In this document: one piece after another, positions 31,182-39,812 of the stretch
Layout of the letters: each line of letters starts with the position of its first letter
Position numbering within the stretch: position 1 is the stretch's first letter
Sequence record: NC_049946.1
DNA: 49,168 nt
DNA from: Escherichia phage 4A7
Strand: one strand, 5' to 3'
Notes under the pieces: generated by a model
Databases searched by the model: none
Seen by the model: the letters and a program-made list of their open reading frames with translations, nothing else
Told to the model about the DNA's origin: nothing
Translations under genes and position numbers: made by a program

Positions 31182-31373
31182 TCATACCTGGTCTCTCTCA
31201 TCTGCTTCTGCTTTCGCCACCATCATTTCCAGCTTTTGTGAAAGGGATGTGGCTAACGTATGAAATTCTTCGTCTGTTTCTACTGGTATTGGCACAAACC
31301 TGACTCCAATTTGAGCGAGGCTATGTGCCATCTCGATACTCGTTCTTAACTCAACGGGAGATGCTTTGTGCAT
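31182..31373 (-). CDS. hypothetical protein
   Basis: 63-aa ORF in the early-left operon. Confidence 0.35.
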   Translation of the reverse strand: MHKASPVELRTSIEMAHSLAQIGVRFVPIPVETDEEFHTLATSLSQKLEMMVAKAEADERDQV

Positions 31374-31534
31374 ACAGCCCCCCGTTTATTATTTATCTCC
31401 TCAGCCAGCCGCTGGGCTTTCAGTGGATTTTGGATAACAGAAAGGCCGGGAAATACCCAGCCTCGCTTTGTAACGGAGTAGACGAAAGTGATCGCGCCTA
31501 CCCGGATATTATCGTGAGGATGCGTCATCGCCAT
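31346..31534 (-). CDS. hypothetical protein
   Basis: 62-aa ORF overlapping the exo end. Confidence 0.3.
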   Translation of the reverse strand: MAMTHPHDNIRVGAITFVYSVTKRGWVFPGLSVIQNPLKAQRLAEEINNKRGAVCTKHLPLS

Positions 31535-32205
31535 TGCTCCCCAAATACAAAACCAATTTCAGCCAGTGCCTCGTCCATTTTTTCGATGAACTCCGGCACC
31601 ATCTCGTCAAAACTCGCCATGTACTTTTCATCCCGCTCAACCACGACATAATGCAGTCCTTCACGCTTCATACGCGGGTCATAGTTGGCAAAGTACCAGG
31701 CATCTTTTCGCGTCACCCACATGCTGTACTGCACCTGGGCCATGTAAGCCGACTTTATGGCCTCGAAACCACCGAGCCGGAACTTCATGAAATCCCGGGA
31801 GGTAAACGGGCATTTCAGCTCAAGGCCATTGCCGTCACTGCATAAACCATCGGGAGAGCAGGCGGTGCGCATACTTTCGTCGCGATAGATGATCGGGGAT
31901 TCAGTAACATTCACGCCGGAAGTGAATTTAAACAGGGTTCTGGCGTCGTTCTCGTACTGTTTTCCCCAGGCCAGCGCCTTAGCATTAACTTCCGGAGCCA
32001 CACCGGTGCAAACCTCAGCCAGCAAGGTGTGGAAGTAGGACATTTTCATGTCAGGCCACTTCTTTCCTGAGCGGGGCTTTGCTATCACGTTGTGAACTTC
32101 TGAAGCGGTGATGACGCCGAGCCGTAATTTGTGCCATGCATCATCCCCCTGTTCGACAGCTCTCACGTCGATCCCGGTACGCTGCAGGATAATGTCCGGT
32201 GTCAT
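31525..32205 (-). CDS. exo: lambda exonuclease (Red-alpha)
   Basis: 226 aa, essentially identical to lambda Exo as recalled ([42 protein letters not shown]...). Confidence 0.95.
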   Translation of the reverse strand: MTPDIILQRTGIDVRAVEQGDDAWHKLRLGVITASEVHNVIAKPRSGKKWPDMKMSYFHTLLAEVCTGVAPEVNAKALAWGKQYENDARTLFKFTSGVNVTESPIIYRDESMRTACSPDGLCSDGNGLELKCPFTSRDFMKFRLGGFEAIKSAYMAQVQYSMWVTRKDAWYFANYDPRMKREGLHYVVVERDEKYMASFDEMVPEFIEKMDEALAEIGFVFGEQWR

Positions 32206-32987
32206 GCTGCCACCTTCTGCTCAGTGGCTTTCTGTTTCAGGAATCCAAGAGCTTTCACTGCTTCGGCTTGTGTCAGTTCTGACGATGCGCGAATGTCGCG
32301 GCGAAATATCTGGGAACAGAGCGGCAATAAGTCGTCATCCCATGTTTTATCCAGGGCGATCAGCAGAGTGTTAATCTCCTGCATGGTTTCATCGTTAACC
32401 GGAGTGATGTCGCGTTCCGGCTGACGTTCCGCAGTGTATGCAGTATTTTCGACAATGCGCTCGGCTTCATCCTTGTCATAGATACCAGCAAATCCGAAGG
32501 CCAGACGGGCACACTGAATCATGGCTTTATGCCGTAACATCCGTTTGGGATGCGACTGCCACGGCCCCGTGATTTCTCTGCCTTCGCGAGTTTTGAATGG
32601 TTCGCGGCGGCATTCATCCATCCATTCGGTAACGCAGATCGGATGATTGCGGTCTTTGCGGTAAATCCGGCACGTACATGATTCATTGTCCTGCTCAAAG
32701 TCCATGCCATCAAACTGCTGGTTTTCATTGATGATGCGGGACCAGCCATCAACGCCCACCACCGGAACGATGCCGTTCTGCTTATCAGGGAAGGCGTAAA
32801 TTTCTTTCGTCCACGGATTAAGGCCGTACTGGTTGGCGACGATCAGCAATGCGATGAACTGCGCATCGCTGGCATCACCTTTAAATGCCGTCTGACGAAG
32901 AGTGGTGATCAGTTCCTGTGGGTCGACAGAATCCATGCCGACACGTTCAGCCAGCTTCCCGGCTAGCGTTGCGAGTGCTGTACTCAT
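32202..32987 (-). CDS. bet: single-strand annealing protein Bet (Red-beta)
   Basis: 261 aa, essentially identical to lambda Bet as recalled ([37 protein letters not shown]...). Confidence 0.95.
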   Translation of the reverse strand: MSTALATLAGKLAERVGMDSVDPQELITTLRQTAFKGDASDAQFIALLIVANQYGLNPWTKEIYAFPDKQNGIVPVVGVDGWSRIINENQQFDGMDFEQDNESCTCRIYRKDRNHPICVTEWMDECRREPFKTREGREITGPWQSHPKRMLRHKAMIQCARLAFGFAGIYDKDEAERIVENTAYTAERQPERDITPVNDETMQEINTLLIALDKTWDDDLLPLCSQIFRRDIRASSELTQAEAVKALGFLKQKATEQKVAA

Positions 32988-32992
32988 CCGTT

Positions 32993-33289
32993 TTATACCT
33001 CTGAATCAATATCAACATGGTGGTGAGCAATGGTTTCAACCATGTACCGGATGTGTTCTGCCATGCGCTCCTGAAACTCAACATCGTCATCAAACGCACG
33101 GGTAATGGCTTTTTTGTTGGCCCCGCAGCGTTGCAAATGATCGATGCAGAGTGATTCAAACAGGTGCTGTGGAAGACCTTTTTCCATGTCGTCTGCCAGT
33201 TCTGCCTCTTTCTCTTCACGGGCGATCTGCTGGTAGTGACGCGCCCAGCTTTGAGCCTCAAGACGATCCTGAATGTAATAAGCGTTCAT
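32993..33289 (-). CDS. gam: RecBCD inhibitor Gam (98-aa short form)
   Basis: Matches lambda Gam residues 41-138 as recalled ([21 protein letters not shown]...HVDIDSEV). Confidence 0.9.
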   Translation of the reverse strand: MNAYYIQDRLEAQSWARHYQQIAREEKEAELADDMEKGLPQHLFESLCIDHLQRCGANKKAITRAFDDDVEFQERMAEHIRYMVETIAHHHVDIDSEV

Positions 33290-33364
33290 GGCTGAACTCC
33301 TGAAAATGGCTGTGAAAATATCGCCTGCGAAATGCCGGGCTGATTAGGTAAACAGGAAAGGGGA

Positions 33365-33775
33365 TTAGTGATTCAGGCCGTTGCCGCGTCCGTCGAGAAA
33401 AACTTCCACGAGCAAATCACGGGTATAAGTGCGCTCGATGCCGCGATGCAGATAAAGCCGTCCGCGTAAATTAGCTGATGCAGTCCAGGTACCATCTTTG
33501 TGTTTGACCAGCATTCCTGGCATGACCGCACCGCGATTAACGGTCTGCGTTCCGTAATGTTGATGAACCATAAAAACTCCTGCCCGTAAGCTGGGCTGCT
33601 GAACATATAGAGACTTCTGCGCGTATTCAGGCGGTGGATGGCCGCCGGTTGTCATAACTAAGCCGCCTCGTTGAAGCGACTGAGGTATGAGGTGTTGAGT
33701 TGATTTCAGCTGGTCACACCGACGTTCACGCGTCCGCTTCACCCCTCGCACTCCCCGGAGCCTGCTGAAATTCAA
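33365..33775 (-). CDS. hypothetical protein, first ORF downstream of the putative pL (start uncertain; the listed ORF begins at TTG and an internal ATG is at 33655)
   Basis: Occupies the N/kil/cIII position; Arg-rich N-terminal extension; no lambda N similarity recognised. Confidence 0.35.
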   Translation of the reverse strand: MNFSRLRGVRGVKRTRERRCDQLKSTQHLIPQSLQRGGLVMTTGGHPPPEYAQKSLYVQQPSLRAGVFMVHQHYGTQTVNRGAVMPGMLVKHKDGTWTASANLRGRLYLHRGIERTYTRDLLVEVFLDGRGNGLNH

Positions 33776-33849
33776 GCTGCGGATCTAAGCGGTCATCGCA
33801 ACGGTGAATCAGGTGATTGCCGTATCGTTGTGTTGTTGCGACATGGTGA

Positions 33850-33895
33850 TAATAGCTATTGTTATTGGCTGTATCAATACTTATTGCTATTGATT
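33850..33895. promoter_or_regulatory. putative oL/pL operator region
   Basis: GCTATTGTTAT and ATTGCTATTG motifs here recur in the cI-cro intergenic region (36281-36321); location left of the cI-proximal cassette mirrors lambda oL. Confidence 0.35.
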
Positions 33896-34009
33896 GATGT
33901 GTTTTGATATTAACTGTTTGATAGCAAAAAGAATTAATTTTGTGACTTGTATCGCATAGCGATAACTGAAGGGAGGATGTGGTGGTTTTTCGAACGGTTT
34001 GTGTGATGA

Positions 34010-34042
34010 GGGGACAAAAGAAAACCCGGCACGGTGGCCGGG
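34010..34042 (-). terminator. intrinsic terminator ending the cI-cassette transcript (timm-like)
   Basis: On the minus strand: stem CCCGGC/GCCGGG with loop CACCGT, followed by TTTTCTTTTG, 5 nt after the stop of the 125-aa gene. Confidence 0.5.
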
Positions 34043-34046
34043 ATTC

Positions 34047-34424
34047 TTACGCAGGTAGGTAAAGATATGATTGTGGTGGCTTAATATTACTACCTAGAGC
34101 AGAGATAGGAATTGGTTCTTTATATCTTTCCACTTCACCAATTTTTATTGCGTAGGCCTTTTCTCTACCTGAATAATATGAGTCATAAAATTGCTTAGAA
34201 ATACCTGCGTGTTTTTCCGTCTTTTTCCAAAGAGATTCCGGTTCGTCACTTAGTATTGATTCAATACGGAATTGACCAACAACTTTACCTAATGGCATCG
34301 TGGCATAAATAACAACGGTGCTAATTTGCGGATTTTTGAATATACCTTTACGAAACTCGAACCGCTTTGTTCCGTTCAATATTTTTTCTGCAAACTCAGG
34401 CTTAATGGATAATAAAACTTTCAT
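34047..34424 (-). CDS. ASCH-domain (PUA-like fold) protein, cassette gene 2
   Basis: 125 aa; N-terminus MKVLLSIKPEFAEKILNGTKRFEFRKG carries the ASCH-type GxKxxExR signature; AT-rich codon usage; overlaps the upstream gene by 23 bp. Confidence 0.6.
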   Translation of the reverse strand: MKVLLSIKPEFAEKILNGTKRFEFRKGIFKNPQISTVVIYATMPLGKVVGQFRIESILSDEPESLWKKTEKHAGISKQFYDSYYSGREKAYAIKIGEVERYKEPIPISALGSNIKPPQSYLYLPA

Positions 34425-35475
34425 TTATCTTGCCTAACTCGATGATCTTTAAGAACTGCTCATTTGTGAGTTTAAAGTGACTCCATCGGAATGCACGCGA
34501 ACCATTTAGCCCCACATGATCTATTAAAATAGCACGATTGGGTCTCTTTGGCAAAGACAGATTGTATGTGAATCTTATAATGAAAGGGTATCGACGTTCT
34601 TTATAGATTTTTCTGAGTTCATCTTCAGAAAATACGCTAAAACGAATACAATAGTCTACAAAACTATCTTCGCTTAAAAATTCAGAAATATTTTTTACGC
34701 TCTCAACTACACATAATGTACTGGCTACAGAACGATAGCGAGCTGGCCCTTTTTTGTCTCCGGTTCTATAGATGACAATGATATCTCCTCTTTTCATTCC
34801 CATCACAGAACGCATTCCACATATGTAAATTTTATGAATGCTGTTAGCATGGGATATATCTTTGACAATATCTGGTGATTCATTTACAAGTTTTGAATCA
34901 GGGAATAGTCTAGTGTGATATTCGGGATAAATCGCCAGTAAATATTTGTTGGCCCTTGATGTCATTATTCGAGGGTAATCTAATAAAATATCACCATAAG
35001 GCTCATGCAAAGACCTCGCATATACAAACTCTTTCCCGTTATGTGTTTCTTTTTCACCATGAATGTAAAATCCGTACGTTTGGAAAAGTTTTATTAGATG
35101 GACGTGTTTGTCGAAAACAGTAACATAAATATCATCAGATTTTGATGAAAATGCATGGTCAAACGCTTTTTTTAGAAATCGTTGTCCGCGAAGGGTGCCT
35201 TTAGATTCAAATTTGAATGTTCCTATCTTTAGATGACGTCCTGGTGGGAGCGCTGGATTAATGTCATTTGCATCATCATTTTCTTTTAGATACATAAAAC
35301 CTTCGATTTTATGCTTGTCATCATAGAGCACATAAGCTGATTCTCCTTCTCTGGCTTTTTTTTCTAACCAAAGAGGAAACTCTTTATAATCTTTTTTTAA
35401 AGAGTCAAAAAATGGGTCATTGTGATCAAAATCAGAGAATTTCTCATATTTTAAAGTATCCATTAAGTTCTCCAT
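34402..35475 (-). CDS. unknown 353-357-aa protein, cassette gene 1 (likely start at the Met at 35463 with a GGAG RBS)
   Basis: Long AT-rich ORF immediately downstream of cI on the same strand; C-terminal half has a PUA/EVE-like pattern (KRGDIIVIYRTGDKKG...VVESVK); no catalytic motif recognised. Confidence 0.6.
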   Translation of the reverse strand: MENLMDTLKYEKFSDFDHNDPFFDSLKKDYKEFPLWLEKKAREGESAYVLYDDKHKIEGFMYLKENDDANDINPALPPGRHLKIGTFKFESKGTLRGQRFLKKAFDHAFSSKSDDIYVTVFDKHVHLIKLFQTYGFYIHGEKETHNGKEFVYARSLHEPYGDILLDYPRIMTSRANKYLLAIYPEYHTRLFPDSKLVNESPDIVKDISHANSIHKIYICGMRSVMGMKRGDIIVIYRTGDKKGPARYRSVASTLCVVESVKNISEFLSEDSFVDYCIRFSVFSEDELRKIYKERRYPFIIRFTYNLSLPKRPNRAILIDHVGLNGSRAFRWSHFKLTNEQFLKIIELGKINESFIIH

Positions 35476-35543
35476 TCTAAAATGAATAATTAAGTTGTTT
35501 TACTGAATGAGCACAATGCCCGGTTGATAATTTTTAATTGGTA

Positions 35544-36236
35544 CTATCCATGCTTCCTATACGTCTGCGGCATGCTCCCAATAACTTTCCCGAAGATAAA
35601 TACCCGGTTCATCTCATCTTTCTCGATCGGGTCCCACGGTGAGTAGCTTTTGTTATCAGAGATAACCAGCAGCTTATCCTTCATCATTTGCAGGCGCTTT
35701 ACATGGGCTGTGTCGTCGTACAGAAACGCATAGATACCATCACCGTCGAAAGATTTAACCGTGATATCAACGAATAGAAGATCACCAGGTTCAATCGTTC
35801 CTGACATGCTGTCACCGCGTACGTTAATGATGCGGATATTTTCTGCCTTCCTACCATCGAACATGTGACGAGCATCGTCAAACGAGTACTCAACCGAGCG
35901 TAGAACTTCTACAAACTCACGGTTGATGACTCCCGGCCCGGCACTCACTTCTATATCAAGAACGTCAATCTTGAAGTATTTGGGATGGTTGGCAGTAGGC
36001 TTCCCTAATTGTTGACCGTCATTTCTCATCGGGCCTATGCCTGATGAGAGCCACTCTGTTCGAACACCCAATGCATTAGCTATTTCAACAATTTTTGTTG
36101 AGCCGCGCGCGTTGCCGCTTGTCAGTCTCCAGATTGTGGGTTGAGCTACGCCAGACGCCTTTGCAAGAGCGCCTTGAGACATTCCAGATTGTTCCATCGC
36201 TAGGTTTAAGCGATCAGCAAGAGTTTCTTTTTTCAT
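35544..36236 (-). CDS. cI: CI-type repressor (N-terminal HTH, C-terminal S24 LexA-like peptidase)
   Basis: HTH (QGALAKASGVAQPTIWRL), then the S24 catalytic motifs GDSM and the downstream Lys (HVKRL). ATG at 36236; the listed ORF extends to a TTG at 36272. Confidence 0.8.
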   Translation of the reverse strand: MKKETLADRLNLAMEQSGMSQGALAKASGVAQPTIWRLTSGNARGSTKIVEIANALGVRTEWLSSGIGPMRNDGQQLGKPTANHPKYFKIDVLDIEVSAGPGVINREFVEVLRSVEYSFDDARHMFDGRKAENIRIINVRGDSMSGTIEPGDLLFVDITVKSFDGDGIYAFLYDDTAHVKRLQMMKDKLLVISDNKSYSPWDPIEKDEMNRVFIFGKVIGSMPQTYRKHG

Positions 36237-36248
36237 AAGTTTTAATTT

Positions 36249-36330
36249 ATACGCTTGCGTATTGATGGTCAAAACACGTTTTGCTATTGTTATGATTAAT
36301 ACGCATTGCTATTATTTATTCATTGTAATA
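36249..36330. promoter_or_regulatory. putative oR/pR-pRM operator region
   Basis: Perfect palindrome ATACGCTTGCGTAT at 36249-36262 plus GCTATTGTTAT / ATTGCTATT repeats shared with the putative oL; lies between divergent cI and cro. Confidence 0.4.
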
Positions 36331-36346
36331 CCAATAGGAATTAATA

Positions 36347-36574
36347 ATGACAAATCAAACCATTCAACTCGCAATCAGTATTACAGGTAGTCAAAAACGA
36401 CTGGCAGATCTATGCGGTGTAGCCCAGCCCACTGTTTGGCGTTGGCTACACGGTGGCGGAATTGATGCCCGCTATGTAATGAAAATTGTCTCAGCCACTG
36501 GTGGAAAGATTAAACCAGCAGATATTCGTCCCGACCTCGCACCATTGTTTAACGCGAGTAATTCTGCCGCCTAA
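36347..36574 (+). CDS. cro: Cro-like HTH regulator (YdaS-like)
   Basis: 75 aa, HTH (RLADLCGVAQPTVWRWL), divergent from cI. Confidence 0.65.
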   Translation: MTNQTIQLAISITGSQKRLADLCGVAQPTVWRWLHGGGIDARYVMKIVSATGGKIKPADIRPDLAPLFNASNSAA

Positions 36575-36598
36575 TCTGCGGCGTTAACTGATAAGGCA

Positions 36599-37144
36599 AT
36601 GACTATGCAACCACTTACATACCAACAGACTAGCGGATTTAGCCCGACTGCGGTGATAAATCGTTCTCAAACAAAACAGGCGCCAGGCCACGAAAAAATC
36701 CGTGATGCCGTTCGCGCCTGGTCGGCTGCAGATAATCAGGATGTTGTTGCCGCACTCATTGTGAATGAGTATCGGGAGCAGGGCGGCGGCACCATCGATT
36801 TTCCTGATGATGTCAGCCGTGCACGCCAGAAGCTGTTCCGCTTCCTCGATAACAAATTCGATTCTGAAAAATACCGAAATAACGTGCGTGAACTGACCCC
36901 GGCAATTCTGGCGGTACTACCGCTGGAATATCGCGGCCACCTGGTTGAGCAGGATAGCTTCATGGCTCGGCTGGCTGAAATGGAAAAGGAACTCAGTGAG
37001 GCAAAACAGGCTGTCATTCTCAACGCACCACGCCACCAGAAACTGAAGGAGATGAGTGAAGGCATTGTGTCGATGTTTCGTGTGGACCCGGATCTGGCTG
37101 GTCCACTGATGGCGATGGTCACCACCATGCTGGGGGCAATATGA
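36599..37144 (+). CDS. YdaT-like protein (CII functional analogue)
   Basis: 181 aa; shares YdaT motifs as recalled (EYREQGGG and LTPAILAVLP); lies between cro and O. Confidence 0.55.
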   Translation: MTMQPLTYQQTSGFSPTAVINRSQTKQAPGHEKIRDAVRAWSAADNQDVVAALIVNEYREQGGGTIDFPDDVSRARQKLFRFLDNKFDSEKYRNNVRELTPAILAVLPLEYRGHLVEQDSFMARLAEMEKELSEAKQAVILNAPRHQKLKEMSEGIVSMFRVDPDLAGPLMAMVTTMLGAI

Positions 37145-37230
37145 CAGGTTCGGAAATGGCGAAAGCCGGTCTGCGCGAACAGAACCGACTTTCAGGTGCA
37201 AATCGTAACACACTCATTGCGGGAGGAATT

Positions 37231-38160
37231 ATGGCAAACACTGCTGAGATATTCAATTTTCCAGTGCCGGATGTGGCACAAAAGGAGCCGCGCGTGGCAG
37301 ATCTCGATGATGGTTATACGCGCATTGCAAATGAGTTGCTGGAAGCTGTGATGCTGGCCGGATTAACACAGCACCAGCTTCTGGTCTTCCTGGCTGTCAT
37401 GCGCAAAACATATGGCTTTAATAAAAAACTGGATTGGGTGAGCAACGAGCAACTTTCCGAGTTGACCGGGATATTGCCGCACAAGTGTTCTGCTGCAAAA
37501 AGTGTTCTGGTAAAGCGTGGGATTTTTATTCAGAGCGGGCGGAATATCGGCATTAATAATGTGGTCAGTGAATGGTCAACATTACCCGAATCAGGTAAGA
37601 AAAATAAAGTTTACCTGAAAGAGGTAAATTTACCTGAATCAGGTAAGAAAAGTTTACCCAAATCAGGTAAAGGCGTTTACCCGAATCAGGTAAACACAAA
37701 AGACAAACTAACAAAAGACAATATAAAACCTTTTTCGTCCGAGAATTCTGACGAATCCTCTGACCAGCCAGAAAACGATCTTCCTGTGGTGAAACCGGAT
37801 GCTGCAATTCAGAGCGGCAGCAAGTGGGGGACAGCAGAAGACCTGACCGCCGCAGAGTGGATGTTTGACATGGTGAAGACCATCGCGCCATCAGCCAGAA
37901 AACCAAATTTTGCAGGGTGGGCTAACGATATCCGCCTGATGCGTGAACGTGACGGACGTAACCACCGCGACATGTGCGTGCTGTTCCGCTGGGCATGCCA
38001 GGACAACTTCTGGTCCGGTAACGTGCTGAGTCCGGCCAAACTCCGCGACAAGTGGACTCAACTCGAAATCAACCGTAACAAGCAACAGGCTGGCGTGACA
38101 GCCGGAAAATCAAAACTCGACCTGACAAACACTGACTGGATTTACGGGGTGGATTTATGA
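37231..38160 (+). CDS. O: replication initiator O
   Basis: From MANTAEIFNFP onward it resembles lambda O as recalled (VADLDDGYTRIANELLEA, LAVMRKTYGFNK, SEW); the iteron origin is embedded. ATG at 37231 follows a GGAGG RBS; the listed ORF starts at 37141. Confidence 0.8.
   Translation: MANTAEIFNFPVPDVAQKEPRVADLDDGYTRIANELLEAVMLAGLTQHQLLVFLAVMRKTYGFNKKLDWVSNEQLSELTGILPHKCSAAKSVLVKRGIFIQSGRNIGINNVVSEWSTLPESGKKNKVYLKEVNLPESGKKSLPKSGKGVYPNQVNTKDKLTKDNIKPFSSENSDESSDQPENDLPVVKPDAAIQSGSKWGTAEDLTAAEWMFDMVKTIAPSARKPNFAGWANDIRLMRERDGRNHRDMCVLFRWACQDNFWSGNVLSPAKLRDKWTQLEINRNKQQAGVTAGKSKLDLTNTDWIYGVDL
37581..37740 (+). repeat. replication origin: five iteron-like repeats TTACCYRAATCAGGTAA plus an A/T-rich tract
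   Basis: Repeats start near 37582, 37609, 37631, 37654 and 37677 (spacing 22-27 bp), each with internal dyad symmetry TTACC/GGTAA, followed by the A-rich tract 37695-37740; all lie inside O. Confidence 0.7.
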
Positions 38161-38858
38161 AAAACATCGCCGCACAGATGGTTAACTTTGACCGTGAGCA
38201 GATGCGCCGGATCGCCAACAACATGCCGGAACAGTACGACGAAAAGCCGCAGGTACAGCAGGTAGCGCAGATCATCAACGGTGTGTTCAGCCAGTTACTG
38301 GCAACTTTCCCGGCGAGTCTGGCTAACCGTGACCAGAACGAACTGAACGAAATCCGCCGCCAGTGGGTTCTGGCTTTCCGGGAAAACGGGATCACCACAA
38401 TGGAACAGGTTAACGCAGGAATGCGCGTAGCCCGTCGGCAGAATCGACCATTTCTGCCATCACCCGGGCAGTTTGTTGCATGGTGCCGGGAAGAAGCATC
38501 CGTTATCGCCGGACTGCCAAACGTCAGCGAGCTGGTTGATATGGTTTACGAGTATTGCCGGAAGCGAGGCCTGTATCCGGATGCGGAGTCTTATCCGTGG
38601 AAATCAAACGCGCACTACTGGCTGGTTACCAACCTGTATCAGAACATGCGGGCCAATGCGCTTACTGATGCGGAATTACGCCGTAAGGCCGCAGATGAGC
38701 TTGTCCATATGACTGCGAGAATTAACCGTGGTGAGGCGATCCCTGAACCAGTAAAACAACTTCCTGTCATGGGCGGTAGACCTCTAAATCGTGCACAGGC
38801 TCTGGCGAAGATCGCAGAAATCAAAGCTAAGTTCGGACTGAAAGGAGCAAGTGTATGA
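38157..38858 (+). CDS. P: replication protein P (DnaB helicase loader)
   Basis: 233 aa, near-identical to lambda P as recalled (MKNIAAQMVNFDREQMRRIANNMPEQYDEKPQVQQVAQIINGVFSQLLATFPASLANRDQNE...). Confidence 0.95.
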   Translation: MKNIAAQMVNFDREQMRRIANNMPEQYDEKPQVQQVAQIINGVFSQLLATFPASLANRDQNELNEIRRQWVLAFRENGITTMEQVNAGMRVARRQNRPFLPSPGQFVAWCREEASVIAGLPNVSELVDMVYEYCRKRGLYPDAESYPWKSNAHYWLVTNLYQNMRANALTDAELRRKAADELVHMTARINRGEAIPEPVKQLPVMGGRPLNRAQALAKIAEIKAKFGLKGASV

Positions 38859-39157
38859 CGGGCAAAGAGGCAATTATTCATTACCTGGGGACGCATAAGA
38901 GCTTCTGTGCACAGGACGTTGCCGCGGTAACAGGCGCAACCGTAACCAGCATAAATCAGGCTGTGGCTAAAATGGCGCGGGCAGGAATCCTGGTCGTTGA
39001 TGGTAAGGTCTGGCGAACGGTGTATTATCGGTTCGCTACCAGAGAAGAACGGGAAGGAAAGGTGAGCGCGAATTTGATTTTTAAGGAGTGTCGCCAGAGT
39101 GCCGCGATGAAACGGGTATTGAGGGTATATAAAAGAACATCAATGGGTACACAATGA
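38855..39157 (+). CDS. ren: Ren
   Basis: Matches lambda Ren as recalled (MTGKEAIIHYLGTHKSFCAQDVAAVTGATVTSINQA...). Confidence 0.9.
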   Translation: MTGKEAIIHYLGTHKSFCAQDVAAVTGATVTSINQAVAKMARAGILVVDGKVWRTVYYRFATREEREGKVSANLIFKECRQSAAMKRVLRVYKRTSMGTQ

Positions 39158-39224
39158 TGAAACAGGTGAGTTGAGTTCAAACTGTAGTACAATTCTCTCC
39201 AGTTTGAACAGGAAAGAATATGCT

Positions 39225-39557
39225 ATGAACCCTTATATTTATCTTGGTGGTGCAATACTTGCAGAGGTCATTGGTACAACCTTAATGAAGTTTTCAGAAG
39301 GTTTTACACGGTTATGGCCATCTGTTGGTACAATTATTTGTTATTGTGCATCATTCTGGTTATTAGCTCAGACGCTGGCTTATATACCTACAGGGATTGC
39401 TTATGCTATCTGGTCAGGAGTCGGTATTGTCCTGATTAGCTTACTATCATGGGGATTTTTCGGCCAACGGTTGGACCTGCCAGCCATTATAGGCATGATG
39501 TTGATTTGTGCCGGTGTGTTGGTTATTAATTTATTGTCACGAAGCACACCACATTAA
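39225..39557 (+). CDS. emrE: small multidrug resistance efflux transporter EmrE
   Basis: 110 aa, matches E. coli EmrE as recalled (MNPYIYLGGAILAEVIGTTLMKFSEGFTRLWPSVGTIICYCASFWLLAQTLAYIPTGIAYAIWSGVGIVLISLLSWGFFGQRLDLPAIIGMMLICAGVL...); emrE is DLP12-associated in K-12. Confidence 0.9.
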   Translation: MNPYIYLGGAILAEVIGTTLMKFSEGFTRLWPSVGTIICYCASFWLLAQTLAYIPTGIAYAIWSGVGIVLISLLSWGFFGQRLDLPAIIGMMLICAGVLVINLLSRSTPH

Positions 39558-39566
39558 AAATAATTT
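39552..39566. repeat. 15-bp direct repeat CATTAAAAATAATTT, left copy (overlaps the emrE stop)
   Basis: Identical 15-mer recurs at 41625-41639; the two copies bracket the ybcK segment. Confidence 0.5.
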
Positions 39567-39812
39567 ATTTTTAAACGACTAAAATATGGAGGTTCGTATA
39601 TTTGTATGGGCCTCGTTTTATGCTTTTTGTTAATGTCTTTAGTTTTTATTCATTCTTTTGATCTTTCAAGACCATGGTGTAAGAAAATTGCAATACGATT
39701 ATTGTTGTATATTCAAGATAATGTGACCTTAATTGTCTTTTTAAATAAAAATTAAACAAAAATCATATCTCACCACTAAGGTTTATAAAAGCATACTTTA
39801 GCAGGTGTCACC

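Noticed and set aside
37575-37700. Regularly spaced short repeats that could look like a CRISPR array
   Set aside because: The repeats are ~18 bp with internal dyad symmetry, lie inside the O gene and have no unique spacers of CRISPR size; they fit replication-origin iterons.
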